62,871 nucleotides of DNA, filler included, from Licmophora abbreviata (GCA_900291995.1; 35 parts of 35 records of this genome joined end to end with filler, not necessarily neighbours in it); one strand, 5' to 3'; shown: positions 12,026 to 24,330, counted from the whole stretch's first letter. A program made the numbers and translations. The notes: generated by a model from the letters alone, not told the origin.

Positions 12026-13124
12026 TCATTTCATGTCCTTCACCATTTCCCACGTGACGAAAAGATCAAACACCCCGCCTTCCTCTTCGAAGAACACGCG
12101 AATAGCGTCGCCTGCCGTATAAGTCAGATAGTCCGGGATCGCTGCTTGCTCTGGAGCTTGGTCTCGCATGGAAGACAGCTTGCGTCTGGCATACCTTAGA
12201 ATAGTAGCACGACCATCTTCGCTAAGTGTTGTTTTGGCAAGTTTTCGTGCCGGAGGGTCTGCGCATGGCTTGGAGCCGCGGCAAGAGGAGCAGCATTCTC
12301 CGATGTCCGACAGACTGAAGTCGTCGGCTTGGCCGAAGTCGACCTACTCGTAAACAGAGAAACAACTTAATATCAGCCCACATAGACTTCATACTTACGG
12401 CGCACGACATTACAAAAAAGGAAACGCACCTCATAGCCTAAGTCTTGAAGACTGCCGATCGTTATGTTGGAAATGGGAGTGGTCAGGTCGGCTAAACCAG
12501 TCATGATCTCGTTCTGGAGGCAGTCTTTAAAAAATGCTTGTGGAAGTGAGGTACGGTTGGGGCAGTTCTTCCTTGCTCCATTCTGGAATGCGACAATTAC
12601 TCACCTTCGTCCCAGTGTACATATCGGGTGCCATTCCCGAAGCTTGTCTCGATGGGAACTGGTCCTTCGCATCCTATATCCCTCCATTGAACTCCCGCCT
12701 GTGTTTGATAGCTTCCTACTGTATCACTGTACAGGCCGGTTGGCGTATTGGAGCTGTTTAACGTCGCGAGTCCATTTCTATACCAACCTGAACCGACACC
12801 CAGTACATGCAACATCTCATGCAGTATGATAGCGTCAAATCGGCCATTGGAAATAAATGCAGAAATCGCACTTCTATCAAACTCCATAAAGCCAACAATG
12901 GGATGGATGACAGAGCCTCGATTTGGAACCAAGGAGGGGCGGTTGTTAATAGTGACAAGTTGCGTGGCTTGTCCAAGAACACCAGATTCCAAATCTGCAT
13001 CCTTTGCGCAGACATAGACGTCATCAATAAGGTCCGGGTAGGTACAGCTGCATCCTACCATGTGCGCCGGCACAACCGCTTCGATGATTGCTGAGTCAAT
13101 AGCGACATTGTCAAACTGATTTGT
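12026..13124 (-). CDS. Leishmanolysin/GP63-like (M8) zinc metalloprotease, 5'-truncated; introns 12525-12604 and 12344-12429
   Basis: HEMLHVLGVG zinc motif, GT..HWDE, EIMTG, S.ITIGSLQDLGY; both GT-AG introns restore the frame. Confidence 0.85.
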
Positions 13125-13317
13125 NNNNNNNNNNNNNNNNNNNNNNNNNNNNNNNNNNNNNNNNNNNNTTAATTAATTAANNNNNNNNNNNNNNNNNNNN
13201 NNNNNNNNNNNNNNNNNNNNNNNNCTATTTCTAAGGTCCTCTACTACTCTCTCATTCTATGATCCTCTTGCTTTGATATGTGTCGTACGTGTATTCCCCT
13301 CTCCTACCACAGTCTCA

Positions 13318-13857
13318 TCACACGACCTTCTTCTTCTTCTTCTCAACGTTCTCAAAGAAGAGACGCATGAACTCGTTCATGGGAATGTGGTCGTGCTCTT
13401 CATCGCGAACTCCGAATTGGTTGCGAAGGATGGTAGAAGCATCCTCGGGAGTCAGTGGATGCTCCGAGGGAGAGTCGTGCAGGCCTAGGTGACTGAGCGT
13501 GCGTTGGGCGGCCGTGGCCGAGATGAAGCCCTCTTCGTCTTCGTCGGTTTCTTCGAGCAACTTGGCAACAAAGTTGGAAGGCAAGCCTTGATGGAAGCTG
13601 GTGGTGTATATGAGAAAGCAAGGGATGAGCTACCGGAATATGATGATGCAATGCGAAGAATGAAAATTAAGCCTTGATACCTCATCGTGTCTTCGTACTT
13701 ACTTGGCTTCGTTGTAATCCTGAATAATGTATCGCAGTTTCTCCATGGCAGGCACCGCCGCCGAGGCATGAACAAAGGCACCGCTACTGTTGGCGACGAG
13801 CGCGGGCATACGACGAGACAGGATGCTCAGAGCGGACTTGGATGCGGCAGACAACAT
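13318..13857 (-). CDS. Small, probably mitochondrial EF-hand-like protein; intron 13598-13702
   Basis: Basic/Ser-rich presequence MLSAASKSALSILSRR; GTAAGT...CCAG intron; DEDEEGFIS EF-loop-like segment. Confidence 0.65.
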
Positions 13858-14611
13858 CTTGATGGAGTGATGATTGCGAAAGAATGCTTTTTGTGAGAAA
13901 GCTTGTTTTCTATTCGGTTTGGTTGACACCAGTCACAAGATGCAAGTGCAAAACACTGCCGCAGCGCAGCAGCTTCTTCGACGTGCTACCGGTACTCTAC
14001 CCACACGTGGCAAGTATTTTTATACTCTGGAGTGTCATAGTGTACCGGGACATACACATGATGCTCGTTGCATTTGCATTTTGGCGACTGACACCAAGGT
14101 TCGCTGGGTTTGCGACCCAATCAAATGACGCCATCGTCTCATCGGTCTCAGTCGTGATTCGATCGTCGAATCTAGTACTCTCCGAGCACGAGCTTGGAGT
14201 GCTTCGTTCTACGAAGAATTCTAAGGGCTTCCGGTCTGACGCCTCTACTACTTGTAGCTCTACCTCACCGACACTGACCTGGATGGAGACCAAGATGTTG
14301 TGCTGTGGATGTTGAGTTCGCCCGGTGTTTCGTCATGCGGCATTTCATTCGAAATTCAAAATGAGAACCCTGGTGTCATCCTGCCAATGACTTGTCGACG
14401 GCAGCAAGTTTTGATCACCGGGTTTCTTGGCATGCCACAATTAGACGTGGCGACGGCCAGACAGTGTCGCCCGCACCACACGAAAAACTCGCAGACTCAA
14501 AACTCAGTTCGACCATGATCAAACTACCGGAGTAGAGTTTTAGATCTCCGCACATCCGATCCGCTGCTACTCTCGCTCCCCTCTCTGCTTTTTGTGTATT
14601 CATTCACCACC

Positions 14612-14989
14612 ATGTCAGCCACTTTGGATAGTCTTCCCCCATCCAAGCGTCTGAGAACTGACGACGAAAATAATGTCCTAGTCTCGTACACGCCAGCAGC
14701 AACCAACACCCCCATTCGGACCAGTTCCTTGTCACACCCCACTCTCAAACTCTCCGGACACAAGGGCAGTGTATACGCGATTGCCTATGACAACGATCAG
14801 GGCGAAGTCATGGCTTCCGCAGGATTCGACATGGACGTTTTCTTATGGAACGCTGCCAGCAGTGGAGACTACGAAAACTTCAATGTCCTGAAAGGCCACA
14901 AGAATGCCATTCTAGACCTGAAGTTTCATGGCTCCGAACACGTCATTACTGCCAGCGCCGATAAGACTTTGGGCTGGTTCCACAGTGAC
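14612..14989 (+). CDS. SNRNP40: U5 snRNP 40-kDa WD40 protein, N-terminal fragment
   Basis: RTSSL.HP...LSGH, ASAGFD..VFLWN, ENFNVLKGHKNAILDL. Confidence 0.85.
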
Positions 14990-15089
14990 NNNNNNNNNNN
15001 NNNNNNNNNNNNNNNNNNNNNNNNNNNNNNNNNTTAATTAATTAANNNNNNNNNNNNNNNNNNNNNNNNNNNNNNNNNNNNNNNNNNNN

Positions 15090-15900
15090 TCTTGACCATG
15101 AAAAGGTAGCGCAGGTAAAGGCATACCACTCTTCCGAGCAAGATAACCCTGGTCAGCCGTCAGAGTAAGATTGCCCGGGAGCTGCAATTCTCGAATAGCT
15201 CGACCAAGCTCTGTGTCGTAAAGTAGAACTGTGCCAAAATCTTCAACAGTGTCGAGATGGTCGCTTCCATTTGACCATCCTGGGAGAACAAGAAAAATAT
15301 GGTTTCTCTCGACACGAGTCTGCACCATGTCGGCTAGCCATGTGTGCCGATGCCCTATAATCGGAAAACCTGTCCTAGTCCGTTCCGAAGCCGCGCATGT
15401 ATCGCGAATATAGAATATAGCGCTCCATTGTCAAGCAATCTGACATTTTGACGCCGGCACCCCAGGATCCAAGCATGGGTCGAAACTGGATTTCGATGAC
15501 AGTTCACCTTTCAAGCGCTTGAGGATGGCTGCCAGATAGTGGCCCATGACGCCTCGGTTTTCAAAAGCAGGATCAAATTCATCATCGGAAGGAATGTCAT
15601 CTCTATAGACCACCTCATCTTCTGGTCCAATCGGCAATAACGTCGTCAATCTCTATATCGATGCGTTCAACAGGAGATTTCGCCTCAAGGCCGGCACCTC
15701 CAACTTTATCGCCTTTGGGTTGGAGAACCATTTTCCTTAGCAGTCTAATAGAACCAGCACTACTACTGTACAATTCACGACAACAATGAGATGCAAGAGA
15801 GAAATGGTGACTCAAAGGTCCCCGTGAGCTTATTCTACAACGCAAGGACTGTGGACAACGTTCCTTTGAACGACAAGTTCGCAAGAGGACGGACAATCTT
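15090..15900 (-). mobile_element. Degenerate, internally deleted transposase-like remnant (possibly KDZ/Zisupton-like)
   Basis: Disrupted frames; SERTRTGFPIIGHRHTWLAD...PGWSN...LPALPF resembles, from recollection only, the C-terminal block of diatom/fungal KDZ-type transposases. Confidence 0.4.
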
Positions 15901-16599
15901 GGGACTTATCGGTGCCACTTCTTTTACACTCCCGTAGAAAAGGCACTTCAGTTTTCGCTATTTCCTGAGATAAGAACAGAAAAATCATGACACACCACTA
16001 CCAGGGAACATTCCAAAATAGATGTAGCCGTATTCCGGTGATCCTTTTCCAAGCACTGCAGTCACAAACTTTTCGACGAAGGACGATGAAATACGCAGTC
16101 TACTCGACTTGATCCTCACGTATGAGCATACCGGGATACTCTACTTTGTGGAATACGAATTGTGTTCACTTGGTAGGTACAGATTTGTTAGCACTATTGG
16201 CACTTATTACAATTTCTTTACCTGGTGCCATGTCCCTGAGATAAGAAAATCTCAGGTCACGAGCATTTTTGCGTGGGATAATGAAATTTTTGTTGTATAA
16301 TTCATCCTTCGTAAAGTCTTTCTCACCTCCTGATAGCATTATCAGTAGATGCTGGGAAAGTGCATCAGGAAGTGACAAGGGTCGCTTATCAAATAAAAAT
16401 TCTGGTGTCTTTGTAGTAGACGGCGAACATAATTCTTCCGCTGAGAGACGCGTTTGGATCATAGAGTACGGTCAATATGCCTTGATTCAAATTCTAAGTG
16501 AGGCATGAGTGGCTTGGGTTTGCCTGCCGTCTGCACACGAAATCAACCGTCTCTTGGTGTTAGACAATGACAAACTCGATCCTGGGCAGCCGTGAATGT

Positions 16600-16845
16600 G
16601 GTGGATGTCTCTCAGCTGACAGAACAGACTTTGCTCCGGGGGTCGCAATTCTCTATGGCACGTTTCTCTCTGTCACTCTGAGAATTATCTACAATCGCCA
16701 GCAGAATCTTCAGGATGACATAGCTGCTGGGACATCCTTGTTGATATATTTGACCCACATGCTTCTTACTCTTTTTCGCGAGAAGGAACAATTTGTGATC
16801 CAAACCGGGCAGTGCTGCGCGGATCAGGTTCGAACCCTCGTTCAG
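16600..16845 (+). CDS. Fragment of a DUF4239-like membrane protein
   Basis: FAPGVAILYGTFLSVTL..IYNRQ..Q helical pattern; runs off the contig. Confidence 0.35.
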
Positions 16846-16945
16846 NNNNNNNNNNNNNNNNNNNNNNNNNNNNNNNNNNNNNNNNNNNNTTAATTAATTA
16901 ANNNNNNNNNNNNNNNNNNNNNNNNNNNNNNNNNNNNNNNNNNNN

Positions 16946-17335
16946 GAGGTGCCCGGCGCGCTGGAGATCCCCACCGCCATCACCATTGCCGCGCGGATGT
17001 CGAACTTCGATGGCTACGTGGCGCTTGGCTGCGTGATCCGGGGCGAGACCACCCATTACGACACCGTCTGCAACGACAGTTCGCGCGGGATCACCCTTCT
17101 GGGGCTTCAGGGGCTGTGCATCGGCAATGGCATCCTGACCGTGGAAAACCGCGATCAGGCCGAGGTGCGCGCGGATCCTGCCCGCATGAACAAGGGCGCA
17201 GGTGCTGCCGCCGCGGCCTTGCATCTGGTGGCACTCACCCGTAAATGGGGCGGCCAGCGCAAGGGGGTGGGCTTCATGCCCGCCGCCGAGGAGTACAAGC
17301 TGGCAGGCGAGCTCAAGGACAACCCCAAGGCATGA
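16946..17335 (+). CDS. ribH: 6,7-dimethyl-8-ribityllumazine synthase (bacterial, 5'-truncated)
   Basis: VPGALEIP, LGCVIRGETTHYD, GNGILTVE, NKG..AA. Confidence 0.97.
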   Translation, partial: EVPGALEIPTAITIAARMSNFDGYVALGCVIRGETTHYDTVCNDSSRGITLLGLQGLCIGNGILTVENRDQAEVRADPARMNKGAGAAAAALHLVALTRKWGGQRKGVGFMPAAEEYKLAGELKDNPKA

Positions 17336-17838
17336 CCACCGACGATACCTCGCCCTCGGGCACGACCTCTGCCGTCCCGTCCGGCAACCAGCGCCGCAAG
17401 ATGCGATCCGCGGCGCGGTTCTATGCCGTGCAGGCGCTGTTCCAGATGGAAGTCAGCCAGCAGACCGTCGATGCGGTGATCCGCGAATTCGAAGAGCACC
17501 GGTTCGGCGCCCATTACGACGAGGGCGATATGGTCGAGGGCGATCCGGCCCTATTCGGTCAACTGATGCGCGATGCGGTGAACTGGCAGGCGAGCATTGA
17601 CCAGATGACCGACCGCGCGCTGGTGGCCAAATGGCCCATCGCCCGTATCGATCCCACGTTGCGGGCGCTGTTCCGCGCCGCAGGCGCCGAGATGACCCAA
17701 TCCGACACGCCGCCCAAGGTGGTCATCATGGAATTCGTCGACATCGCCAAAAGCTTCTACCCCGAAGGCAAGGAATCCAGCTTCGTCAACGCCGTTCTGG
17801 ATCACATGGCCCGCGAGGCCCGTCCCGAGGCATTCTGA
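17332..17838 (+). CDS. nusB: Transcription antitermination factor NusB (bacterial)
   Basis: R.AARFYAVQALFQ, W...RID...RAL, FVNAVLD; ATGA overlap with the ribH stop. Confidence 0.96.
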   Translation: MTTDDTSPSGTTSAVPSGNQRRKMRSAARFYAVQALFQMEVSQQTVDAVIREFEEHRFGAHYDEGDMVEGDPALFGQLMRDAVNWQASIDQMTDRALVAKWPIARIDPTLRALFRAAGAEMTQSDTPPKVVIMEFVDIAKSFYPEGKESSFVNAVLDHMAREARPEAF

Positions 17839-18012
17839 GCGGCCAATCGCTCAGATTAATCCGCTGGCTTTCATGTTCTCGAAGAGACGCCGGTAGTCCT
17901 CGCCGTCCGCCCTGAGCCAATCCGCGCCGTGAAACAGTGAATTTGCAGCGGCGCTCTTGTTACGACCGCGTGACATGTTATGTCTTGTGTGAAGCACAAG
18001 GGAGTCTTTCAC

Positions 18013-18351
18013 ATGCCCAAGCTCATTCGCCTTTATATCACCAACGTGGCCATCGGCTTCGGGATTTCGGCGGCGTTCGTGGCGATGCTGCTCTATTTCG
18101 ATGTGGCGAACCTGTGGCATCTGGTGACGCATTCCGACAAGGGCGTTCTGGCCGTGCTGATCCTGTGGGTGTCCAACGGCATCATCTTTGCCGGGGTACA
18201 GTTCGGGATCGCGGTGATGCGCCTCAAGGATGATGACGACGACGATCATCACGGCGGTCTGCGCCAGCACGCGATGGAGCGCGATTACGCCACCATCCCC
18301 GTGCGGGTCGATGAGGGCCGTGGCCGTCAGCCCTCCAATCGTCGGCGCTGA
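18013..18351 (+). CDS. Small Rhodobacteraceae two-TM hypothetical protein
   Basis: GGGAG RBS; MPKLIRLYI start; two hydrophobic helices and an acidic DDDDD tract. Confidence 0.8.
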   Translation: MPKLIRLYITNVAIGFGISAAFVAMLLYFDVANLWHLVTHSDKGVLAVLILWVSNGIIFAGVQFGIAVMRLKDDDDDDHHGGLRQHAMERDYATIPVRVDEGRGRQPSNRRR

Positions 18352-18476
18352 AGCGTCGTCCCGACATATCGGATCATGATGACAACGGATCGTGCCATGC
18401 GCGGTCCGTTTTGCTTTGCGCGGCTGTCGGATGCGATGCCCGCGCAATGATGCGCTGTCAGATGATGTGCTGAAAG

Positions 18477-18639
18477 TGGCGGGCCCGCACGCGACCGTTT
18501 GGTTATCTCATTCCCGAGGACCTGTATATACAGGTGGGTGTCGGAAATAACCGGACCAGGGCCCGGCCAGAGCCAACTCCCTCGGAATTGCTTAAGGCCA
18601 CCGGAATGCAACCGTTCACGGGAAGGGCAGCACCCGCCA
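18477..18639 (-). ncRNA. ssrS: 6S RNA (alphaproteobacterial type)
   Basis: 163 nt; 5' UGGCGGG pairs with 3' CCCGCCA; blocks GCCUUAAGC, GAGGGAG, CCCACCU and AACGG resemble alphaproteobacterial 6S; internal hairpin CCUGUAUAUACAGG. Confidence 0.8.
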
Positions 18640-18645
18640 ATCCCT

Positions 18646-18674
18646 TACCTAGGGCCTTGCGAGGCATCCGGCAA
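18646..18674 (-). promoter_or_regulatory. Candidate sigma70 promoter of the 6S RNA
   Basis: TTGCCG - 17 nt - TAGGTA, ending about 7 nt before the predicted 5' end of the RNA. Confidence 0.55.
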
Positions 18675-18798
18675 GGGGTTGCGTGCGTTCCTATTTTGNN
18701 NNNNNNNNNNNNNNNNNNNNNNNNNNNNNNNNNNNNNNNNNNTTAATTAATTAANNNNNNNNNNNNNNNNNNNNNNNNNNNNNNNNNNNNNNNNNNNN

Positions 18799-20544
18799 TT
18801 TGAATCTAGCGTCGTACTGCATGTTGCGGACGAGGCTATCGGTGCTAGCTTGACGCTGCTGGACTGGAGCCGATGGGGCCGCTGGCGGGGCCGGTTGCTG
18901 GACCGGTTGCTGCACTGGTGTAGGACGCACGGTGTCTGGGAGGCTGTACCGCCAGAAGTGAGCCCCCTTGGCGGCCTCATAGATGACCGGCTTGGCTAAG
19001 AAAGGTACCGGTAAGTGGGACCGCTCTTGCAACTTGAACCAGTGGGCGAGTTCGACTTGGACGTAGCGCTGCAAGTCGATGGGGAGCGTGGGATGGGACT
19101 GAACTTGTAACGCTAGCTCACTTGCACACACGTCCAATGCCTGGCGCGAACTGGACAGGTAGGACACGATCGGGTGGGCCGCGCCCAACAGTGCTGACAT
19201 GACAGCTCGGGTGGCATCGAAGGAATGCTGCACTGCTTGCAAGGTGGTAGCAGCACGGACGTCGTCGGGCGCTTCCAAGATCATTGTGTCAGCCAGCGAC
19301 GGCACTCCTTCGCCGCCGTGGATGTGTCCATAGAGCGCCGCCCGGTGAGCGATCTGCTCTGCCTGTTGGGGGGTAGGCAGGCCAAACAAGAAGGGCTGTA
19401 CTCCGAGAGTAAGGTCCTCCTGGTTGGCCCCCGCGAAGGTGAGCGAAACGAGCTTGGTGACCAGGGAAACCGACACCGGGACTTCAAAGTACACCGACAA
19501 GGCGTTTCTCTGCTCGTCTATCACATTCTGGACCGTGGTAAGGCGCCCGGTCTTTGGTGCACGCGCTAACTGCGCCCACAAGGGCGGCAACGCCGACTCC
19601 TGTGCCACCTGGCAGATCCGCATCAGCTTCGTGATGCCCTGGACGCCGTAAAACTGTTGCGGGGTCTTTCCTCGCTCTGCCGCCCGCTGCTTGGCCTGAG
19701 CGTCCAACCTCTGCTGGCGCTGTTCCGCGGTCAAGCTGTCAATGGCGCTAATCACGGGCTGAAAGGCCACGTTTGACGGTGGGGCCTGCGTCTTCCAGCC
19801 CGGTAAGTCCTGCTGGACGCGCCTGTCAAAGAAACGGATCAGTGCACTATTAGGCGGTTGGGCCAGGAACGGCCATGCCTTTGCCACTGCTGAAGCGTAG
19901 GGGTCTCCAACAGAGGCTGTAGCGGCCACCTTCAGGAAGTCTAGGAGTGGACGACACGCATCGACTGCGTTGTTTGTTCTCGCGGCCATCAGGACTCGCT
20001 GAAACGCTGCCTTGGGAGCGAGAGGCTCCGGTAGCAGTAACGGGACGTACGCAAACGGCAAGAAAGTAGACATGCGCGTCCGAACCTCCACTAGCTCGAT
20101 CGCTGCTCCGTGGGGGTCCATTCCGTCGCGCGGCGCCAGCCCGTTGGGTTCTTGCACTACCTCAGCGAGCATGTCGTCATCGCTTCGGACGTAGGTACCA
20201 GCTGGCGCCAAATTGCTGTTGCTGTCAGGGAACGGCGCTAGCACCAATTGCTGCTGAACCACGTCTCCTACCAACGCAAACACATGGCCGTCCCACGGTT
20301 GTGGCGCTCCAACTACGGTCATAGGGTATCGGGTGATACGATGGAACACCTGAATGACTCCTGGGTCCTGTCCCCCGGCCACTCGACAATGCTGGACCAT
20401 GGCCAAGGGTACATCGTGGGCCGAAGCTGCAGCAACCCTGGTTGCCAACGCCTGCGGGCTGTAACGAGAGTGGCCGTGCACCGGCGCATGGAAGTCGCTC
20501 TCTACCTCCGCATAATTCCCTTGGTGTGGGTCATTATGACCTGT
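18799..20544 (-). mobile_element. Long intronless ORF, probably ORF1 (Gag-like) of a DIRS/Ngaro tyrosine-recombinase retroelement
   Basis: More than 560 codons with no intron; VFHRITRYP...PWDGHVFALVGDV block recalled from diatom YR-retroelement ORF1; P/Q-rich linker near the end. Confidence 0.5.
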
Positions 20545-20644
20545 NNNNNNNNNNNNNNNNNNNNNNNNNNNNNNNNNNNNNNNNNNNNTTAATTAATTAA
20601 NNNNNNNNNNNNNNNNNNNNNNNNNNNNNNNNNNNNNNNNNNNN

Positions 20645-21391
20645 AGGTCCCGGGGTGTCGTTCGTGCTTCTCTTATTCTTCATGAGTGGGTTTATGCTGG
20701 TAAAAGCGTACAACATGCAGCAGTCTGGCCACTTGCCAGCTGGATTTCTTCCGCAAGGGGCGATACAGCGATCGACATCTCGTGGACACTACACGGAACG
20801 GTAAGTCATGTTCAGAGAAGAGTGTGCGTTTGATGACAAGAAGGATGGAGACTTACCAATCTTCTTCCTTGTAGAGTTCCTTTGTCTTCGAATCATGACG
20901 ACGATGAATGGGGGTGGGAGGACTCTGATGCCGGTGGGGATGTAGAAATGTCGACCCAGACAAGACGACACGAGAAACAGGAAGATGACGATTTGCAAAT
21001 GGCGCTTGCGCTGTCCCTCTCTGAAAGGAGCAAGCGATCCAACACGAGCGGGCAGGCTCGGGATGTCGTGGGTCGATCTGGCTCTGGAAATGCTCAGGAA
21101 GAGCGAAACGCGCGTACCAACAATGCCAGAGCGCCGCCGAGAACAAACGCTGGCTTGCAGAGGGTAATTCAGCCTTTGTCAAAGCGACAAGAAAAACCAA
21201 AACGAAGAGAAGAGGACGACATATTTGCGTCCATGGGACTGTCAGCCAAACCAAAGTTTTCCAAGCCATCGGCTTCATCACGGGAAACTGCTATGTCAGG
21301 CTCATCTGCTCTTGCTGCGACGGATGTGGATGCCGAGACGGGTTCAGACTGGGGCGACGATGCTGATCTCGATGACTTGCTGAATGACTAG
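20645..21391 (+). CDS. UIM-containing protein, C-terminal part; intron 20801-20874
   Basis: EDDDLQMALALSLSE ubiquitin-interacting motif; GTAAGT...GTAG intron in frame; acidic WGDDADLDDLL tail. Confidence 0.7.
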
Positions 21392-21437
21392 CTTTAGAAT
21401 GGTCAAGCTTGACTTCTTTCTACTTCGTGCACTGGCT

Positions 21438-21977
21438 TCATACATTCAGGTCCAAGTCGATATCATAAAGCCGCCTGATCTCCTCCTTTAGTGCAGCTCC
21501 CAGTGTAGACCGCGACTCCGCGCTTTCGTCTTTCTTCTGCTCGTCGATGGATCGAGTGTACACCCATCGGTTGTTTTCGTACTCATATCGTCGAGGTCCT
21601 GAAAGAGGCGATGACCACCATATCTGCTGGTTTGGAGTCTGCTTGTTAATGACCCACGTACCGTAAGGGGGTAGGGCCAGTGTCAGTACACCCGACGCCA
21701 CCGATACCTCGAGCTCTTCGTCAGTGTCTCCCAGCTGCTCAAAGACAACCTCCATGGCGTCTTGGATTTCATCGAGAGTCTCGTCGGCCACTGTGTGAAA
21801 GGAAGCTTCACTTTGAAATTCCCGAACAGTAGCGAACACATTGACGGGGCTGAACACTGCTGTTGTCGGGGAATGCGTACTTGGCTGAATCAGTCGCGAT
21901 AGAGTTGCTGGTATAATATTTCTTGCGTGCCGCGGCATTCTACGACCCAGAACGGTCACGATCCGTCTTCCGTGCAT
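21438..21977 (-). CDS. FXN: Frataxin (mitochondrial)
   Basis: GVLTL...GTWVINKQTPNQQIWWSSPLSGPRRY signature; Arg-rich presequence. Confidence 0.95.
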   Translation of the reverse strand: MHGRRIVTVLGRRMPRHARNIIPATLSRLIQPSTHSPTTAVFSPVNVFATVREFQSEASFHTVADETLDEIQDAMEVVFEQLGDTDEELEVSVASGVLTLALPPYGTWVINKQTPNQQIWWSSPLSGPRRYEYENNRWVYTRSIDEQKKDESAESRSTLGAALKEEIRRLYDIDLDLNV

Positions 21978-22491
21978 GATTGTTGTTTCCACTTGCTAAT
22001 GGCCGTTAGTTTTAGGCCCGATAGTGTCGGAGGATTGCCGATTGCTTCAGATTGTCGTTACCGGGTCGTACGGATGGTTTCACTGTCGCCATTGTCGAGT
22101 TTCAGACAGAAAAGGGTCGCGAAAAGAGGGGCCGACGGGCAGACGGTTTGAGACGACGGACAGATTCGCGGCGGGCAGCGATTTTGAGTTGCACACAACG
22201 GATGATGCGACAAATTCATGTTGCATCCGAGTGTATTGTGTTCGATCAAGGACTGAAGCAACGCTTGTGGCCCATTGCTTTGGAGAAGCTCTAGCCGCGG
22301 CCAAATCTATCGGAACCTGCACCGGCGCTACCATCTTTGAGATGGAAAGCGGTGACTATCACCTTGGCACCGACTGCGGATGTATTGATGTNNNNNNNNN
22401 NNNNNNNNNNNNNNNNNNNNNNNNNNNNNNNNNNNTTAATTAATTAANNNNNNNNNNNNNNNNNNNNNNNNNNNNNNNNNNNNNNNNNNNN

Positions 22492-22869
22492 GGCCCAAGG
22501 TGATTCCTCAAAACTGGCAACATTTTCATTAAAAAAACTCGATCCATTCTCACAATAATCTCCTCGCAGTACGGCTCCATACCAGACTGATGCTCCTGGA
22601 CCAATCCGCACAGTCCCAATCAGAGTTGAGCAAGGTGCCAGATAGGCCACGTCCGACGACACAAGCGGACGCCCTCGTTTCAGTAGTGGCATTTGGTGTC
22701 GATGGCGTGACAGGTGGTCGTCAAAAATAGAAGGATCATCTCCCAGCACTCGCTTGGTTAGGGCGTGTTGCTGTCCTCGCACTCCGGTGCGATCCAAGGC
22801 TTGACCTGTCTCGCGAAAGGCCCGTCCGAGCGTGTGTCGTATCCGCAGCCAGACGGAAGGGCGCGACAT
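22492..22869 (-). CDS. Gamma-carbonic-anhydrase-like protein (complex I associated), N-terminal fragment
   Basis: LGRAFRETGQALDR, LSRHR, AP.STLIG.V.IG..ASVWYGAVLRGD hexapeptide repeats. Confidence 0.9.
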
Positions 22870-23257
22870 GACAAAATCTGAGCCTTTCGCGAATCTTTTG
22901 TTCTCCAATTTGTTCTTCTACAATCTATCGGGAATCTTGCGACTACTGAAGCCTTTTCGAAGCTCTCCGTTGCTTCCTCTTGCCACAGACTTGCTCGTTC
23001 TTTGTCGGCATGATACAGTTTGGCTCTCACGTTCCGTCGCCGTCACCCAGATCGGTGGATCCTCGGTGGTCGACATCCCGCGACGCCACTGCACAGAAAA
23101 CATTCCGGATTCCTCCTATTCGAGGTCTCGGAAAAAGCGGCGCGCGCGGGGCGCATCTCGACATCGACCATGACGACGGCAATGACAGCGGCCACCATCG
23201 TCGACCTCTTGTCTCATTGTCCATTTCTATGCCCATTCTCGCCTTGATTCGCACGTG

Positions 23258-24230
23258 ATGTCGAATCCTTCCTCCCACATGCCCCTGAACCCTTACAGCA
23301 GCTCCAACCATGGGACTGCGACTTCATCAGGCGACGACACCGTCTATCAGGCCTTGGCGCGTGTTCTCCATCACACTTCTCCTGACACACTCTCTCGGTT
23401 TCAGTCGATCATGAACAATCGTGCGTGGACGTTGCGATGGGCCGAAAAGCTGGTAGAGGGTGTACTGATCAAGAGAGACCAAGAAGCACTGGTACGGCTG
23501 CTTGCTGATGCTCTGCCGAAGTGGGATGACGTAGTGGTGTACGCCTTGGTCGCTGCAAATGAACTGCTACTTCCGACCCTGATTCAGTTCGCGATGGAAA
23601 ACAAAAAGGTGGCCTCCGACACATGTTTGGGACTAGCGGCTCTGGCGCACGTGTGGGAAGCACTAGACCGTTTGCAACTGCACAACCAGCAGGCCGCGTC
23701 ACCGTACGGGCGTGTCGAGGCAGCGTGGTGGTTCCGTGGAGACGAGCAACAGCTCACGCAACTGGCTCACATGGCTGTAGAACTACTGTTGCAGAGGTGA
23801 GAGATTTTTATGGATGAAGGTGCCCCTGACTCTGTCTGCTGTGGTCTTAAATACTCACAACGCGCTGCATCTGTGTTACTTCGTCACAGATCCGATTTGG
23901 TCAATTCCACAGCTCAGACCTCTGCTCTGGACCCGCTGGCATCCTACGCCTCGTTTCTGTGCAGTCTACTGAAGCATAATGTCAAGGACTGGGTATACGA
24001 TCTTGAATGCAACAATGCTCTGTCGCCGCTGATTCACCAGCTGCTTCAAGACACTCAGCCTCTCGAAGATCATGCTACCGTGTGTACCTCCACCATTCGG
24101 ATGGCACTGCTGGCAGTCTCGCTCATATGCATGCTTCAAATGAAACACGACGTGCCGCAATTGAACTTTGCTCCATCGGGGGGATCGTTGATCACGTGAC
24201 CAAAGTGGCCTTTCATACTGCAACGAGTAG
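23258..24230 (+). CDS. Hypothetical alpha-helical protein, spliced (donor GTGAGA near 23797)
   Basis: Two consecutive Leu-rich ORFs separated by a donor site; no recognised domain. Confidence 0.45.
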
Positions 24231-24330
24231 NNNNNNNNNNNNNNNNNNNNNNNNNNNNNNNNNNNNNNNNNNNNTTAATTAATTAANNNNNNNNNNNNNN
24301 NNNNNNNNNNNNNNNNNNNNNNNNNNNNNN

